The position numbers and the translations under genes were made by a program. Below are positions 11,063 through 22,763 of a stretch of 64,000 nt of DNA, in pieces (the stretch's first letter is position 1; the number at the start of each line of letters is the position of its first letter). A model generated the notes under the pieces. That model made no database searches. It worked only from the letters and a program-made list of their open reading frames with translations, and was not told the origin of the DNA. The DNA is taken from contig LT649238.1 of assembly GCA_900128395.1 (NCBI GenBank), positions 1-64,000 on the forward strand, written 5' to 3'. This DNA is from Stramenopiles sp. TOSAG23-2. Lineage: Eukaryota.

Positions 11063-13307
11063 ATGAAAGGAATAAGTTTATTTATAACATGTTTGTTGTT
11101 AATATCTGTTGTTCGTGGTGAAGACGCATTTAATTGTAAACTGGGTGAAGGTGTAACTAATTATGAAATATTAACATCTGGTCCTGCATCACAATGTAGT
11201 GGTAATTCTGAAATAACAAACATGTTTGTTGTTAATATCTGTTGTTCGTGGTGAAGACGCATTTAATTGTAAACTGGGTGAAGGTGTAACTAATTATGAA
11301 ATATTAACATCTGGTCCTGCATCACAATGTAGTGGTAATTCTGAAATAACAACATCAGCAGAATGTGTAGAAGCAGCTAAATATAATAGTAAGAATAATA
11401 TTGATGAAAATAGAGGATTTGGAGGCGCATACCATAGTAGTCATATGACCCATAGACCACCTGGATGTTTTTATGACACTCTTTGGAAGAAATATTATTT
11501 TTATCCCAACAAAAAATCAGACACAACTTGTGATCCTAAATATAGATGTATCTGCCAAAGAAAAGCATGTAGGAAATGCCCAATGAAGACATATAGTAAA
11601 GGTGGTGCCAATGCATTATGTATACCATGTAAAGCCGGCGAAGTAACTGATTCTAAACAAAGTAAATGTTTTGGTGTAAACGATTTATTTGAAGAAATTA
11701 AGAAAGACTTAACTGCACAAAAAGAAAAACAAAATGATTTATCTATTAAAAATTCACGTTTATGGCAAAAAGAACAAATTAGAATGCAACATGATGAATT
11801 ATTAGCAAGACGTAAAAATGCAGATAATGAAAAAGAAAAAGATTCTTGTGAAAAAGAACGAGAAGATGGTACAGTTATATTTCCTGCAATTGAAATATCA
11901 AGTGAAATAGAAAAAATCGAAGATACTACTTGTATCGATACAAATCGTGATGAAATGTTAAAATCATTTTGCTCGTTTACATCAGATTTAGATCGTTTGT
12001 TTCGAAACCAAGGAGTAAAAAATCAAACGTCGCAGCAATTCTGGCCAAATATATGTTGTAAAGAACGCAGGGATAAAATATTAGAAGCATGTGTAGATCC
12101 AACTGGTGAAATTAATCGTACAGATATAATACCATTTGCACTGTCGCAAGGTGGTGATTATAGTCGCCATAATTTATATGTTGAAGTTACTGATTCAATT
12201 AAAAAAGATGGTTACATAAATAGCGGCATGATAAAGTTAATCAAATCGTTGAAGCCGGAACGAAACGATCGTATCATCGAAAAAGTAAATTCGTTTTTTG
12301 ATGACATTTCATTATGCGGACCACGTATTGTCGATAGTCCTGGAGAAGAAAGTAAATTGTGCCAACTTTTCATACCATATCGTCATGCAATGAAAAACTT
12401 TTACAATGTAGTTGCGGAGTTGTTTGATAATATTATGAATGATGAAATGTTAGAAATAATGAAAAAATCTAATAAACCTTTAGTTGAAGAAAAACAACCA
12501 AAGAAATCAACTGGTGGCGCAGGAAATAGTGATACTCTTAATAGACCAACACAAGCGGCAGCACCAAATGTAGTGAAGGAAAAAAGAAAAAAGAGGAACG
12601 GAAAAAGAAAAAAGAGGAACCCAGCATTTTTAGAAACAATGGAAGGTTCATTGCGTAAACGTCAACTGGGGAAGAAAAATTCCATAAATGAGAAATACAA
12701 TATGCAAGAGGCTATAAAATTAAAACCAAAGCAAAAACAAGAACAACCAAAAGCGGAGAAACGATGTGAACACAAAGATAAGAAATTTAGTCAAAAAGAA
12801 TTAGCAACTATGAAGCCAAAATTCTGTTCAGGGTATAACCATTTAGATTTATCGAACAAAGAAATTAAAAATATTGCTATTCATTATTTAAACATTTCAA
12901 AAAGCGACAAAGACATGTCAAAGTTATCAAGAAACTTGTATTATGATGTTCAAGATGGCAATTGTCCTGCTGCACCGTTATTTACAGCGAAAGATGTTTC
13001 CATCCAACAAATTAGTATGGACACACTTGGTGAAAATAACGAATGGGTCGCAGTTGTTAAATTGAATACCGAAGATGAAAATAGTTATTTAAAAAGTGAA
13101 GTGCCAAATTGCTTACGTGCTGATTATTTAATTGGTGCAACCGTAAAAGTAAAGGCATATGTCGATGAAGAGAAACGCAAACCATTGAAAGATAGAGGTA
13201 AAGATTATTCAAAAGAGGTCATTTTGACAGGTACACACTATGAAGTGACGAGTTCAAATGTTGGAAGAAGGCGAAGGTTGTTAAAGACTCGCACAGGTGC
13301 ATGCTAA
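11063..13307 (+). CDS. Secreted Cys-rich protein (703 aa if one duplicate copy is removed), frameshifted in this assembly by a 133-bp tandem duplication
   Basis: Signal peptide in ORF 11063-11254 and the body in ORF 11226-13307. Removing one 133-bp copy gives a 2112-nt frame. Cys module, GCC2/3-like CxxC repeat, coiled coil, C-terminus RRRRLLKTRTGAC. Confidence 0.7.
11086..11351. repeat. Exact tandem duplication, 2 x 133 bp
   Basis: 11086-11218 is identical to 11219-11351. Confidence 0.95.
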
Positions 13308-13605
13308 GATGTGATATGATACATACTCATGAGATATTAATTCCTAGATATTGCCCGAGACCACCATATGATATATCATAATATTATCATATAGTTATGG
13401 GAGTTATTGACACATAATTGTGTGAGATTAGATTTGTGAGATTAGATTTTAATATAATACACGTATAATTTTTTATTTTTATTAATATATAATATTTAAA
13501 AATTTTATAATTTTAAAATTAATTTTTTATTATATTTTTAAATATGTGACCCAATTTTAATATATACATATATTGCCTTTTTTTACACGCACCTTTTACT
13601 CATTT

Positions 13606-15699
13606 TTAACTCCATTTCTTTATCAACGATACTGAACAGTCCCCTTGATCATGATTGCAACTTTTACTATTACATTCAGCATCACATCCATACCCAGCTT
13701 CTTCAACTTCACTCGCTTTGTACCAACAATAGTTAGAACACATTTCTTCACAGCTATCTTTTAAACTAGGATCAAGTGTACATACAGGATTGCCAGACAA
13801 ATATATTCGGGCATTATTATTTGAAAGTGTTGATAAGATTGTTGAATCAATAATACTTATATTATTATCACGAACGTCAAATTCATTTAGTTTTGAAACA
13901 TCGTACTGGAAAATTCCATTTAATTGACATCGGGCAATATATAAATCAGAAAGTCTAGCTGTTAAAGCGTCAAAATTTTGTGGAACTTCCCGTAAATCGT
14001 TACCTGATAAATATAACACGATAAGACTAGGAAATTGATCTTTGCCAAAATTTGTAGGCAATACCATACTATTATTTCTTAAATCAAGTACCCGTAACAT
14101 TGGCATTTCAATATCAACTTGATTTGAAATTGCAAAATTAGGATTGTCATTTAAATTTAAATTGATCAAAGTTTCATGTTTCCACAATGTTTTCATATTA
14201 TATTTACTGATGTTATTGAATTGTAAATTAAGTGTGATAATATAATTCCATTGCAGCATATCAATATTGAATTCAGTTAGTTTATTGTTGGATAAGTCAA
14301 CAACAACCAGCAACTTGAAGTTTTCCATTGCGTTTGGTAATTTTGTTACATTACAATTTACTATTTCTATCCTTTTCAATGCATTCATTTCGTTTATTAT
14401 TTTTTCTGGTATAGTTGGTAGATTCACGCTTTCCAAGGATAAGTATGCACAATTACATGTTGGCTGGTACACACTGTAACAAAATGGCATTTTTGCTATA
14501 CAACCACCGTCATACAAATTAATGCATCCTTTGTCATGTTCCTCCACGTATGTAACATGTGCAACAAATATACTACTAAACAATAAAGCATGTAAAACGC
14601 CAACCAGCAAGATTAAGATCCTAATTGGTCTAATAAAATGTTTGTTCTGCTGTTTGCTTTCTTTCTCCGCTATGCTTAATCGATATATCGACTTTCGATG
14701 TCGTTGTACACTACGTGATTCAGCATATTCCTTCTTCACTAATAAAGCATTCAGATTATTTTTTAAAACTGCTTTGAATAGACTACGCAATTTACCCAAT
14801 AAGGATATCGATGGCATGATTAGAATTAAAATAGCTTCATTGATATTTGTAGGGAGGCCATGGAATGCGTATGGTACGATTAAGGGAACCACCATATAAA
14901 TCAAATCAAGAAGAACTTGAATCAATACATTCATGTCGCGTTCTTTAGCATCAATGATATTTGCCCGATTTCGCAACGTTTTAAACACGGTTTTACTCTG
15001 AAAAAGTGACTCTACTACATACAATAAACAAAAAAGAATATTGATCCAAGCTGGCAGGGTGCATGTATATATATATACATAATTATAAGTTTGAGAAACT
15101 TTTTCTAAAAGCCATCCTCCATACAGTTTATAAAAGTAAAATTTTCCATGTAACCCAAGGTTTCTCCTATATAGACGAACGATCTTTGTTATGTTATTGT
15201 TTGTCCGTGAATGTCTTCCTGATTTCATATATTTAATTCTAGCTTTAGCCATAACTTTCCATCTAGATAGTAAATGTATAAAAACTAACGTATTTAAGAT
15301 AGCAAAAATCAGAAAAAAAGAGGTGCCTGGACACATACCCATGCTACAATTAAATCCAGCGCTATATATAAAGAGGCAAGAAACGTAACCGAATACAACA
15401 AATAACATTAGACACAAAATAAACGTACCTTGACAACCAATATTTTCTCGATAGGATATTTCTTGCTCAATTAAAACCAATAGCTGTAATTCCGATTTAC
15501 TACGTTTACTAAGTTTCTTCTCTATCATATCCACCACATTATCTTCGCCCATTGGACGGTTTTTCGCCATATCATTTATCTTCTTGCTATGTTTTTCTTT
15601 CACATGTTCCACAAGTTGAATTTCATTTGGGTCAACAGTGTTATCAACAGTACCAACAGGTTTAGTAATATCTTTCCCTTCAGCATTGTTGTCTGCCAT
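13606..15699 (-). CDS. Multi-pass membrane protein with C-terminal LRR domain and LNR/Notch-like Cys repeat
   Basis: About 6-7 hydrophobic segments, then LRRs (LDLSNNKL, LNLNDNP, LDLRNNSM, LYLSGNDL, YLSGNPVC) and CDAECNSKSCNHDQGDC. Confidence 0.8.
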   Translation of the reverse strand: MADNNAEGKDITKPVGTVDNTVDPNEIQLVEHVKEKHSKKINDMAKNRPMGEDNVVDMIEKKLSKRSKSELQLLVLIEQEISYRENIGCQGTFILCLMLFVVFGYVSCLFIYSAGFNCSMGMCPGTSFFLIFAILNTLVFIHLLSRWKVMAKARIKYMKSGRHSRTNNNITKIVRLYRRNLGLHGKFYFYKLYGGWLLEKVSQTYNYVYIYTCTLPAWINILFCLLYVVESLFQSKTVFKTLRNRANIIDAKERDMNVLIQVLLDLIYMVVPLIVPYAFHGLPTNINEAILILIMPSISLLGKLRSLFKAVLKNNLNALLVKKEYAESRSVQRHRKSIYRLSIAEKESKQQNKHFIRPIRILILLVGVLHALLFSSIFVAHVTYVEEHDKGCINLYDGGCIAKMPFCYSVYQPTCNCAYLSLESVNLPTIPEKIINEMNALKRIEIVNCNVTKLPNAMENFKLLVVVDLSNNKLTEFNIDMLQWNYIITLNLQFNNISKYNMKTLWKHETLINLNLNDNPNFAISNQVDIEMPMLRVLDLRNNSMVLPTNFGKDQFPSLIVLYLSGNDLREVPQNFDALTARLSDLYIARCQLNGIFQYDVSKLNEFDVRDNNISIIDSTILSTLSNNNARIYLSGNPVCTLDPSLKDSCEEMCSNYCWYKASEVEEAGYGCDAECNSKSCNHDQGDCSVSLIKKWS

Positions 15700-16494
15700 T
15701 TGTCTGCTTGTGGTTTTGAAAGTTAAATTACTTTCTTCTTGATCTTTGTTGGGTAAATATTTGTATGTATGTAGATAATGTATGACTCTTTATTTTTATC
15801 GTTGTCCTATTTAATATCTATTAGATCGAGGGACTGGTTTTCCTGGTCTGTAACAAAAAAAAGTCTATAGAACATTCTTTATCGCATATTATATATTATA
15901 TAATCAACAAATGATGTATCTATATGCAACATATTATCTAGCCATCTAGCCGCAGCCAGCCAGCTGATATAGTTATAGTGCTATATTAATAGCTGGCCAG
16001 CTGGCTTCGGTAGAGTACATGTAATAATACCAGAGAGGATATTACCTGGATTACTGGATTACCGATTATTAATACTGGTATAGATGTATAGATACTAGCT
16101 ATACTCTAATCACTAATCACCAACCACAAGTAGAGTGGATCCGACTCGCTCTCTTCCTCAATAGCGTATAAAAAACTAAAAAACTACTGAAACAAAAAAT
16201 TCCATAATTTAATAGTGTGTTGCCTTATTTTTCACTCCCTGTACTATACACCTGTATAAGTTTTAAGGATGATGATTGTGGTGGTGTTCTGTTCTATTCG
16301 TCGCTTCGCTCCTCAGAGTGATGCACGAAATAGACGAGGGCACCGTGTAGTGTTCTGTTGTTCCGATGATCGTTGATTATGTTAATGTTTCATCATCATT
16401 TTTTTTCTTTTAATTTTTTTTTCTTTTTCTCTTCCTTCTGGCCTTCCATCATTGCAACCATTTCTTCTTTCAGATTTGTGCATTTGTACCTCTG

Positions 16495-16618
16495 GTATAT
16501 TGAATATACATGTATGATATAATTAATAATAGACAGACAGACAGAATGTAAATTTTATTTCTAAATAGATTGATTGATATATGTTTTACTAATTGATCAC
16601 GTATATCTCATCATATAG
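16495..16618 (+). other. Possible 5'-UTR intron of the RUN-PX gene
   Basis: GTATAT donor at 16495, TACTAAT branch-like site at 16587, ATAG acceptor ending at 16618, 72 nt before the ATG. Confidence 0.3.
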
Positions 16619-16690
16619 CTGGTACACCATAAATACTTAAACCTCTTTTATTGATACAGAAACCCCAAGAGATATATCTGGGATATAAAA

Positions 16691-19600
16691 ATGGATTTAT
16701 TTGCGAAAGTGTCAAGCGCATTAGGTTTTGGTGATCCACGAAATTCAGAGGAGTTAACAATTGCAAGAAATATTGTATTGGAAAGATTGAAAAAATGTAT
16801 TCAAAAAATTGTACAAGATTCGAGAGATACGGATGGCGAGCATTTAGATGAAACCAACGAGAGTGTTCATGAATTAGTCTGGATGCTAGAAACGTGTTTG
16901 TTTCAAGGGATTATACCATTAAATGGTAATGATGATACGGATAATGTATTTAGTTTAAATTATAATAATGAACATTTTTGGCATTTAATTGAATTATTAT
17001 ATGAACGCGGTTCTATGGCTTTTGGTGCAAGTATTGATATGGTAAAATATTGTATGAATGTTAAAACAGATTATGGCCGTTGCCGTGCTTGGATAAGACA
17101 ATTATTGAACCAGCATGCGTTGGCATTCAATATAAAAGCAATGTATGAAGACCAAGCAACGATCCGTAAAAGCTATTTCTTAGAATCACTTGTAGAAAAT
17201 CGCGAGACGCTAGATACATTTTTATCTTTACTTACCTCGTTAAATACAATTGGTTTTGAACTAACTGTAGATAGAAAAGATTTAGATACGCCTCGAGAGA
17301 CGAATATTCAAGAATATTGCTTAGTTTCTGGTGCTGGTGTTCCTGAAATTAATGGTCTTTATGAAAAACAAACAATATTAAAAGATGGTGTTGGCATGTA
17401 TATAATGAATGGGTATGAACTTTTCCGTACTGAATACAAACCGCCAGCGTTGCCAAATGATGCAACTCCGCAAGTAACTAAGCGCTGGTTTCTTGGAAAT
17501 CCTAATAAAAGACTTGTTTATTATTTTTGTCCATCCTCAGCAACTATACCACAATTAAGTGGATGGCAAGTACATCCATCGGCTGGTATTGGCCCAGCCC
17601 CAACACTTGGTAGGACATTTTTAGAAGCAGAGAAACCACCACCAGTAAAAACATATTTAAATGGGAATAACAATCAAAATACCACATCAAATAATGATAT
17701 TGTTTATAATATCCACAGTAAAGTTGACACTGGTAATGTTATTGATGGTGGTAATAATAATAATAATAATAATATTAATAATAATAGTACGAAAAGCAGA
17801 CAGAATAATAGTATAAATTTAAGCAATGATACTTATAATAGTAATAACAATGTTAAAAAGAGCATTCCTATAGATTTAAATAATAATGATCATTTAGACA
17901 ACACGTCGTTGAAAAAAAAAGAAATCATAAATGTAGCTGATATAGATAATAAGGAAATAGAACAAGTAACCAATAATGATAATAATAATCAAAAGGATAA
18001 AGCTAATAATAATAATAATAATAACAACAACAACAATAACGACAACAATAATAATGATGATAATATTTTGCCAACTTGGGACAATATGTCACTAGCCGTA
18101 CCAGAATCTATTGTAGTTGTTTCAAGTAAAACCAAGCGAAAGAAGGAAAAGAAAGAAAAGAAGAAAAAGAAGAAAAAATCAAAATCTCGATCATCTAAAA
18201 AAATCGCTTTAATAGATGAGGATAGAAAAGTTAATAAAATTGAGGGGAAAAAAGTTAGTGCGAAGAAGAAAAAAGATACAATCATTGGAACGAACCAGGA
18301 TATAATTGATGTAAACAACAATACGGTGGAAAATTTTGCCAAAAAGGAGGGGAACGTGAATAAAGATGGTAAGGAGGATTTAAACAGAAATAATATAGAA
18401 GAAGACAATTTGATGTTGGATATAACATCGAAGGAAGATATTGAAATTATAGATCAACCTGTTGATAATAATAGCCCAATTAAATTGAACATTGAAAAGA
18501 TTGAAATTGAGGAGGAATTTGATGAAAGTTTGGATAATATTGAAAAAGATAATTCAGTGATGGATTTTACTGAAGAATTTGAAAATGATGAAATGGCGCA
18601 TAATTCTGATAAGAACGAAAAGTTAGTTATTAATGATGATAATATTGCAGAGGGGAATCAAGATAAATCAATAGAAAAAGAAGAAAAAATAATAATGGAT
18701 CAAGTCGCTATAACGGAAACAGAGACAAATGAAGTTGCGGAAATTCATCAATTCAATGAAGCTGAGCCAGTATTGAGAATGGATACCTATTCAGACGAGG
18801 ATCTAGAAGGATTAGCAAATGAAATATATGTCGGAGATATTGAATATCATACAGGACATGAATCATCAGATGTGTCACCGCAACATTCTCCTATACATAG
18901 TGCAAAATCGAATGTATCTTCAAGAAGTAACAGTAATAGTAATGATAAAGACCTATCTGAAAACATGATGAATTTGCAGTTGAATCTCCCTCCTACCAGT
19001 TTGACCACAATTATAGACGATTCACCACCTAGATTAATTAAAAGTAGCCCGCAGCCTGAATTTGCAGACGATTATCAAAATGACGAAGGTGCTTTAGATA
19101 ACAGTCTTTTAAATATAACGACTGGTGAAACCCAATATGAAGAGAATGATAGACTGATAAAAACCCACCAACGTAATTTAAGTAATTATCGTGATGAGCG
19201 CAAGCAGTTGCAAGATGATTTACAAGCTGTTAGATCTCGCCAGAAAGCAAGGATGTTGAAGTTTGAAGCTTTGAAACGAAATTCAATCATCAATTTACCC
19301 AGTAACAATGCCCCTAGAGTGCGATCTGAGTCTTATACACGTGATGATTTTGCTCGTAGCCCAATTGATTGGACGTCAAAAGAGGATGTATCTATCATGA
19401 TTGATGGAAAAGAAGCACATAATGTCAATAATACAAATGTGTATGATCGCAAACATTCGTTGGATTTATTAGACCCAGAATTTCCTGGTGGTGATGAGTT
19501 GATTCAGCTTGATAATAGCATACTTAGAAATACGCCGACACCACCACACGATAGAAGTAGTCCTAGCGGCAACAGGTATGGGGCAAGTAGGTCATTTGAT

Positions 19601-21331
19601 AATATTAGTCCGCTGAGTGATAGTGGTAAAAATGGTAGTGGAGATAGTAGCGGAATTTTAGCTATAGATGCTGATGTTTACGAATTTCGAGTTTTTTCTA
19701 ATCCAAAACCACATGTGAAATATTTAATACGTGTATCAGAACGGGTTGGTAATACAAATACACCTAGTAATGAAATAGAAAAAGGTGATCATAATAACAA
19801 CACCGATGGTAGTATCAAGGATGGCAACAATAGCCTACCAAGTGGTGGTAAACGATTTTACGACATTAAACGACGTTATAGCCAATTTAAACAATTGCAC
19901 TCTGACATTGCGAAGATTAAAGGGACTCGTCGTGGATTGCCAAAATTACCAAGATCAGGATTTATTCGTTCATTCGATCCTTTCTATTTGCAAAATAAAG
20001 CCTTGGAATTGAATGAGTATTTAAGAAACTTGGTTGAAGTTTTTCGTGTTGAAAACGTAGTTGAAAGGACACCACTGGTATCATTTTTAGCAGCAAGGGA
20101 TGAAGATATGATGGATGAAGAGATTGCTAGTAATAATCCTCGTTCTAGCAACGACAGTGGAGCTAGCAATAGAAACAGCAAGGATATGAATACGGCAAGC
20201 CGCAAAAGCCAGCATGGAATTGGATGGAGTGGTTTCCACGTGCCGCTAGTTTTAAGCGCACGTCCACCGCCTGGAAAAATAGTTGATTCTAGAGTTGGTA
20301 TTGGTTTACAAAGGTATCGCTGTGGATCTTGTGGAGATTTACTTACACAGAAAAATGGATTTCTATATTGTCAATATTCTGAATTGTATCATTGCAAAGC
20401 ATGTTCTAAATCGAACTCATCAAGAGTGTTACCAACCCGCGTATTGCATTCTTGGGATTTTAAAAAGTATCCTGTATGCGATCAAGTAGAGACGTATCTT
20501 GAAAATATTGATGAGCAACCACTGTTTTGTGTATCTGCTATAAATCCACATTTATTTGCGAAAATAAAACCAATACAACATGTTCGCATGTTGCGAATAC
20601 AATTGATGCGTATGGTAGACTTTTTAGACACATGCCGGCAAGGGATTGAATTGCGTTCAAAAATCAATGAGCGGGGTCCACATTTAATGGACGGTTCGGA
20701 AATGTACTCAATGAAAGACTTTCGAGAAATTAAATCGAAACATCTTCAACGTTTTTTAATGCGTGAAGTTCAAAGGCTGGCGGAACACATCAAATTTAAG
20801 TGCGTCACATGTAGTGCACGTGGTTTTGTGTGTGAAATTTGTTCCGATGATAAACCAATTTATGCATTCGAAATATTAAAAGCATCGGCGTGCACTGGAT
20901 GTAAAGCTTTTTTCCATCGACAATGCATAGAGGAAGCACTTGAATGTCCGCGTTGCAAACGTCTAAAGCAGCGACGAGATAAAAACAAATTAGAAAGCAT
21001 GCCAAAAAATTTATTGAATGGTAATAATAATAATAACAACAAGAATAATGTAAATTCGGTAAATGATTTCAATAATATTACTGCACGATACGAATCGTCA
21101 GTGGGAATGAAGAAAGGGTATAATAACCAATTTAAGCCATTGATAAAAGATCCATTTCAACAACATAATAACAACATGGTTAATAATGGAACTTTTGCTA
21201 AACGGAGTTTTAACAGCAACAGTGGTAGTGATAACGGTGGAAGAGGAGTTACCAATAACAATAGCACTTGGAATGGAAAAAAGAAAAGAAGCGGTAAAGG
21301 TAGTAAAGATTTAAGCTGGGGACGAAAATGA
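16691..21331 (+). CDS. RUN + PX + Rubicon-homology (zf-RING_9/DUF4206) protein, PLEKHM1/Rubicon/DEF8-like endolysosomal adaptor
   Basis: RUN: LETCLFQG, GRCRAWIRQLLN. PX: KRRYSQFKQLH, LPKLP, LNEYLRNL. C-terminus: CQYSELYHCKAC, PTRVLHSWDF, CVTCSARGFVCEIC, CPRCKR. Confidence 0.85.
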   Translation: MDLFAKVSSALGFGDPRNSEELTIARNIVLERLKKCIQKIVQDSRDTDGEHLDETNESVHELVWMLETCLFQGIIPLNGNDDTDNVFSLNYNNEHFWHLIELLYERGSMAFGASIDMVKYCMNVKTDYGRCRAWIRQLLNQHALAFNIKAMYEDQATIRKSYFLESLVENRETLDTFLSLLTSLNTIGFELTVDRKDLDTPRETNIQEYCLVSGAGVPEINGLYEKQTILKDGVGMYIMNGYELFRTEYKPPALPNDATPQVTKRWFLGNPNKRLVYYFCPSSATIPQLSGWQVHPSAGIGPAPTLGRTFLEAEKPPPVKTYLNGNNNQNTTSNNDIVYNIHSKVDTGNVIDGGNNNNNNNINNNSTKSRQNNSINLSNDTYNSNNNVKKSIPIDLNNNDHLDNTSLKKKEIINVADIDNKEIEQVTNNDNNNQKDKANNNNNNNNNNNNDNNNNDDNILPTWDNMSLAVPESIVVVSSKTKRKKEKKEKKKKKKKSKSRSSKKIALIDEDRKVNKIEGKKVSAKKKKDTIIGTNQDIIDVNNNTVENFAKKEGNVNKDGKEDLNRNNIEEDNLMLDITSKEDIEIIDQPVDNNSPIKLNIEKIEIEEEFDESLDNIEKDNSVMDFTEEFENDEMAHNSDKNEKLVINDDNIAEGNQDKSIEKEEKIIMDQVAITETETNEVAEIHQFNEAEPVLRMDTYSDEDLEGLANEIYVGDIEYHTGHESSDVSPQHSPIHSAKSNVSSRSNSNSNDKDLSENMMNLQLNLPPTSLTTIIDDSPPRLIKSSPQPEFADDYQNDEGALDNSLLNITTGETQYEENDRLIKTHQRNLSNYRDERKQLQDDLQAVRSRQKARMLKFEALKRNSIINLPSNNAPRVRSESYTRDDFARSPIDWTSKEDVSIMIDGKEAHNVNNTNVYDRKHSLDLLDPEFPGGDELIQLDNSILRNTPTPPHDRSSPSGNRYGASRSFDNISPLSDSGKNGSGDSSGILAIDADVYEFRVFSNPKPHVKYLIRVSERVGNTNTPSNEIEKGDHNNNTDGSIKDGNNSLPSGGKRFYDIKRRYSQFKQLHSDIAKIKGTRRGLPKLPRSGFIRSFDPFYLQNKALELNEYLRNLVEVFRVENVVERTPLVSFLAARDEDMMDEEIASNNPRSSNDSGASNRNSKDMNTASRKSQHGIGWSGFHVPLVLSARPPPGKIVDSRVGIGLQRYRCGSCGDLLTQKNGFLYCQYSELYHCKACSKSNSSRVLPTRVLHSWDFKKYPVCDQVETYLENIDEQPLFCVSAINPHLFAKIKPIQHVRMLRIQLMRMVDFLDTCRQGIELRSKINERGPHLMDGSEMYSMKDFREIKSKHLQRFLMREVQRLAEHIKFKCVTCSARGFVCEICSDDKPIYAFEILKASACTGCKAFFHRQCIEEALECPRCKRLKQRRDKNKLESMPKNLLNGNNNNNNKNNVNSVNDFNNITARYESSVGMKKGYNNQFKPLIKDPFQQHNNNMVNNGTFAKRSFNSNSGSDNGGRGVTNNNSTWNGKKKRSGKGSKDLSWGRK

Positions 21332-21682
21332 AAAATACGTAGAAAGTTGAGAGGGGTTTTTATAAACGTGTGTCCTACACTGTGTGAAAGCTGTGGGAGA
21401 GAGCAAGCCAATATTCTTTTAAAAATACTTGTGGTTTATTCATGCTTTTTTTAAAAATTAATACACACATATCTCATGTAATATTGTACTCGTACTCTAA
21501 CATAAAAAGACTTTAATTTCTTCGTGTGTCACAATTTTATCAATAATTATATCATATGTGAGAAGAATTATTTTTACGACGTATATACGATCATTTATAT
21601 ATCATATAATATTAAAAATATTATAACTTAGATTTTAACCAAACATTATATGTATATAAATAATATCTTAATATATAAAAAG

Positions 21683-22222
21683 TTATCTCCTATTATATCC
21701 CCCGATCTCTTTTATATATAATTCATATTCACCAACAACAAAAGTTTTTATTGCCATTAGACCAAATTGTAGTATGTTATTTTTTATTACTGGTTCTCGA
21801 TCGACATGTTGACCTCTCCACATACATTCAAATTTACCAAAGGGGATATATGTACGATGGAACGATGGGCTACCAACTGGGGATGCTTGAAAATTATGAC
21901 AAAAATATATACCACTATTACCACATTTCTCGTCCCGCATCATTAATCTAAAAGTACTCTCCTCTAAAGCAACAGCATCAATATACAAACCTTCATACTC
22001 AGACATATCAATGGATGGTTGCATAGAAATCCAAGAGCTACAAAATCCACCATTATTTTCCAATGAAACAGTACCAGTAAATACTCTTGTTTCTGTTCCT
22101 TCATCATAAAAATTTTGACTAAAACTCCTTCCACCCATTACTGTGTCATTTCTACAAACCCAAGGTGCTTTTGAGTGAAGCACATTTAATTTATTTGTCA
22201 CTACTTGCCTTGCTATAGACAT
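21683..22222 (-). CDS. CIA30/NDUFAF1-family protein
   Basis: NDTVMGGRS, GTVSLENNGGFCS, IPFGKF...WRG. Confidence 0.85.
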   Translation of the reverse strand: MSIARQVVTNKLNVLHSKAPWVCRNDTVMGGRSFSQNFYDEGTETRVFTGTVSLENNGGFCSSWISMQPSIDMSEYEGLYIDAVALEESTFRLMMRDEKCGNSGIYFCHNFQASPVGSPSFHRTYIPFGKFECMWRGQHVDREPVIKNNILQFGLMAIKTFVVGEYELYIKEIGGYNRR

Positions 22223-22401
22223 TGTTAATTCTGCTTTAATATATATTACAATCTTCGTTCGAAAAATACTATTACGTATATCTAGCTTGTATCTAGATGA
22301 CTATGTGTGAATATATAAAATAATACAAACAATCAATATCATTCGTATACATAATACTCTTATGCTCATATATATCTGTAGATATATATAGATATTTTCA
22401 A

Positions 22402-22402
22402 T

Positions 22403-22443
<41 letters not shown>
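22402..22443. repeat. (AAC)n microsatellite
   Basis: About 13 AAC units in the divergent spacer between CIA30 and BRCC36. Confidence 0.9.
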
Positions 22444-22763
22444 ATCCAAAAAAATCGAATTCGATTTATTATTTTTATACTTATTCGTAGTGTTTTGATA
22501 GTGTATAATATTCTAATATGATATTATTATTATTATTATTATTATTATTATGGAATTAATTTAAATTATTAAAATGTGATCGGTGTTGTTGGGAAGATGA
22601 CGGATGGATTATGATTAGCAACGTGCATTATGATGGAGCATAAATTTAAATTTCAAAAGTTTTAATTTGTGACACAGAGTATATCTTAAAGTCAATTATC
22701 AAGACAAGAAAGAAAAACAGATATAAAGTATAATTGGTGGAAGATATTTTCACTTTTGAAACA

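Noticed and set aside
16268-16385. GC-richer stretch with a C-box-like ATGATGA (snoRNA?)
   Set aside because: No matching D box or terminal stem found.
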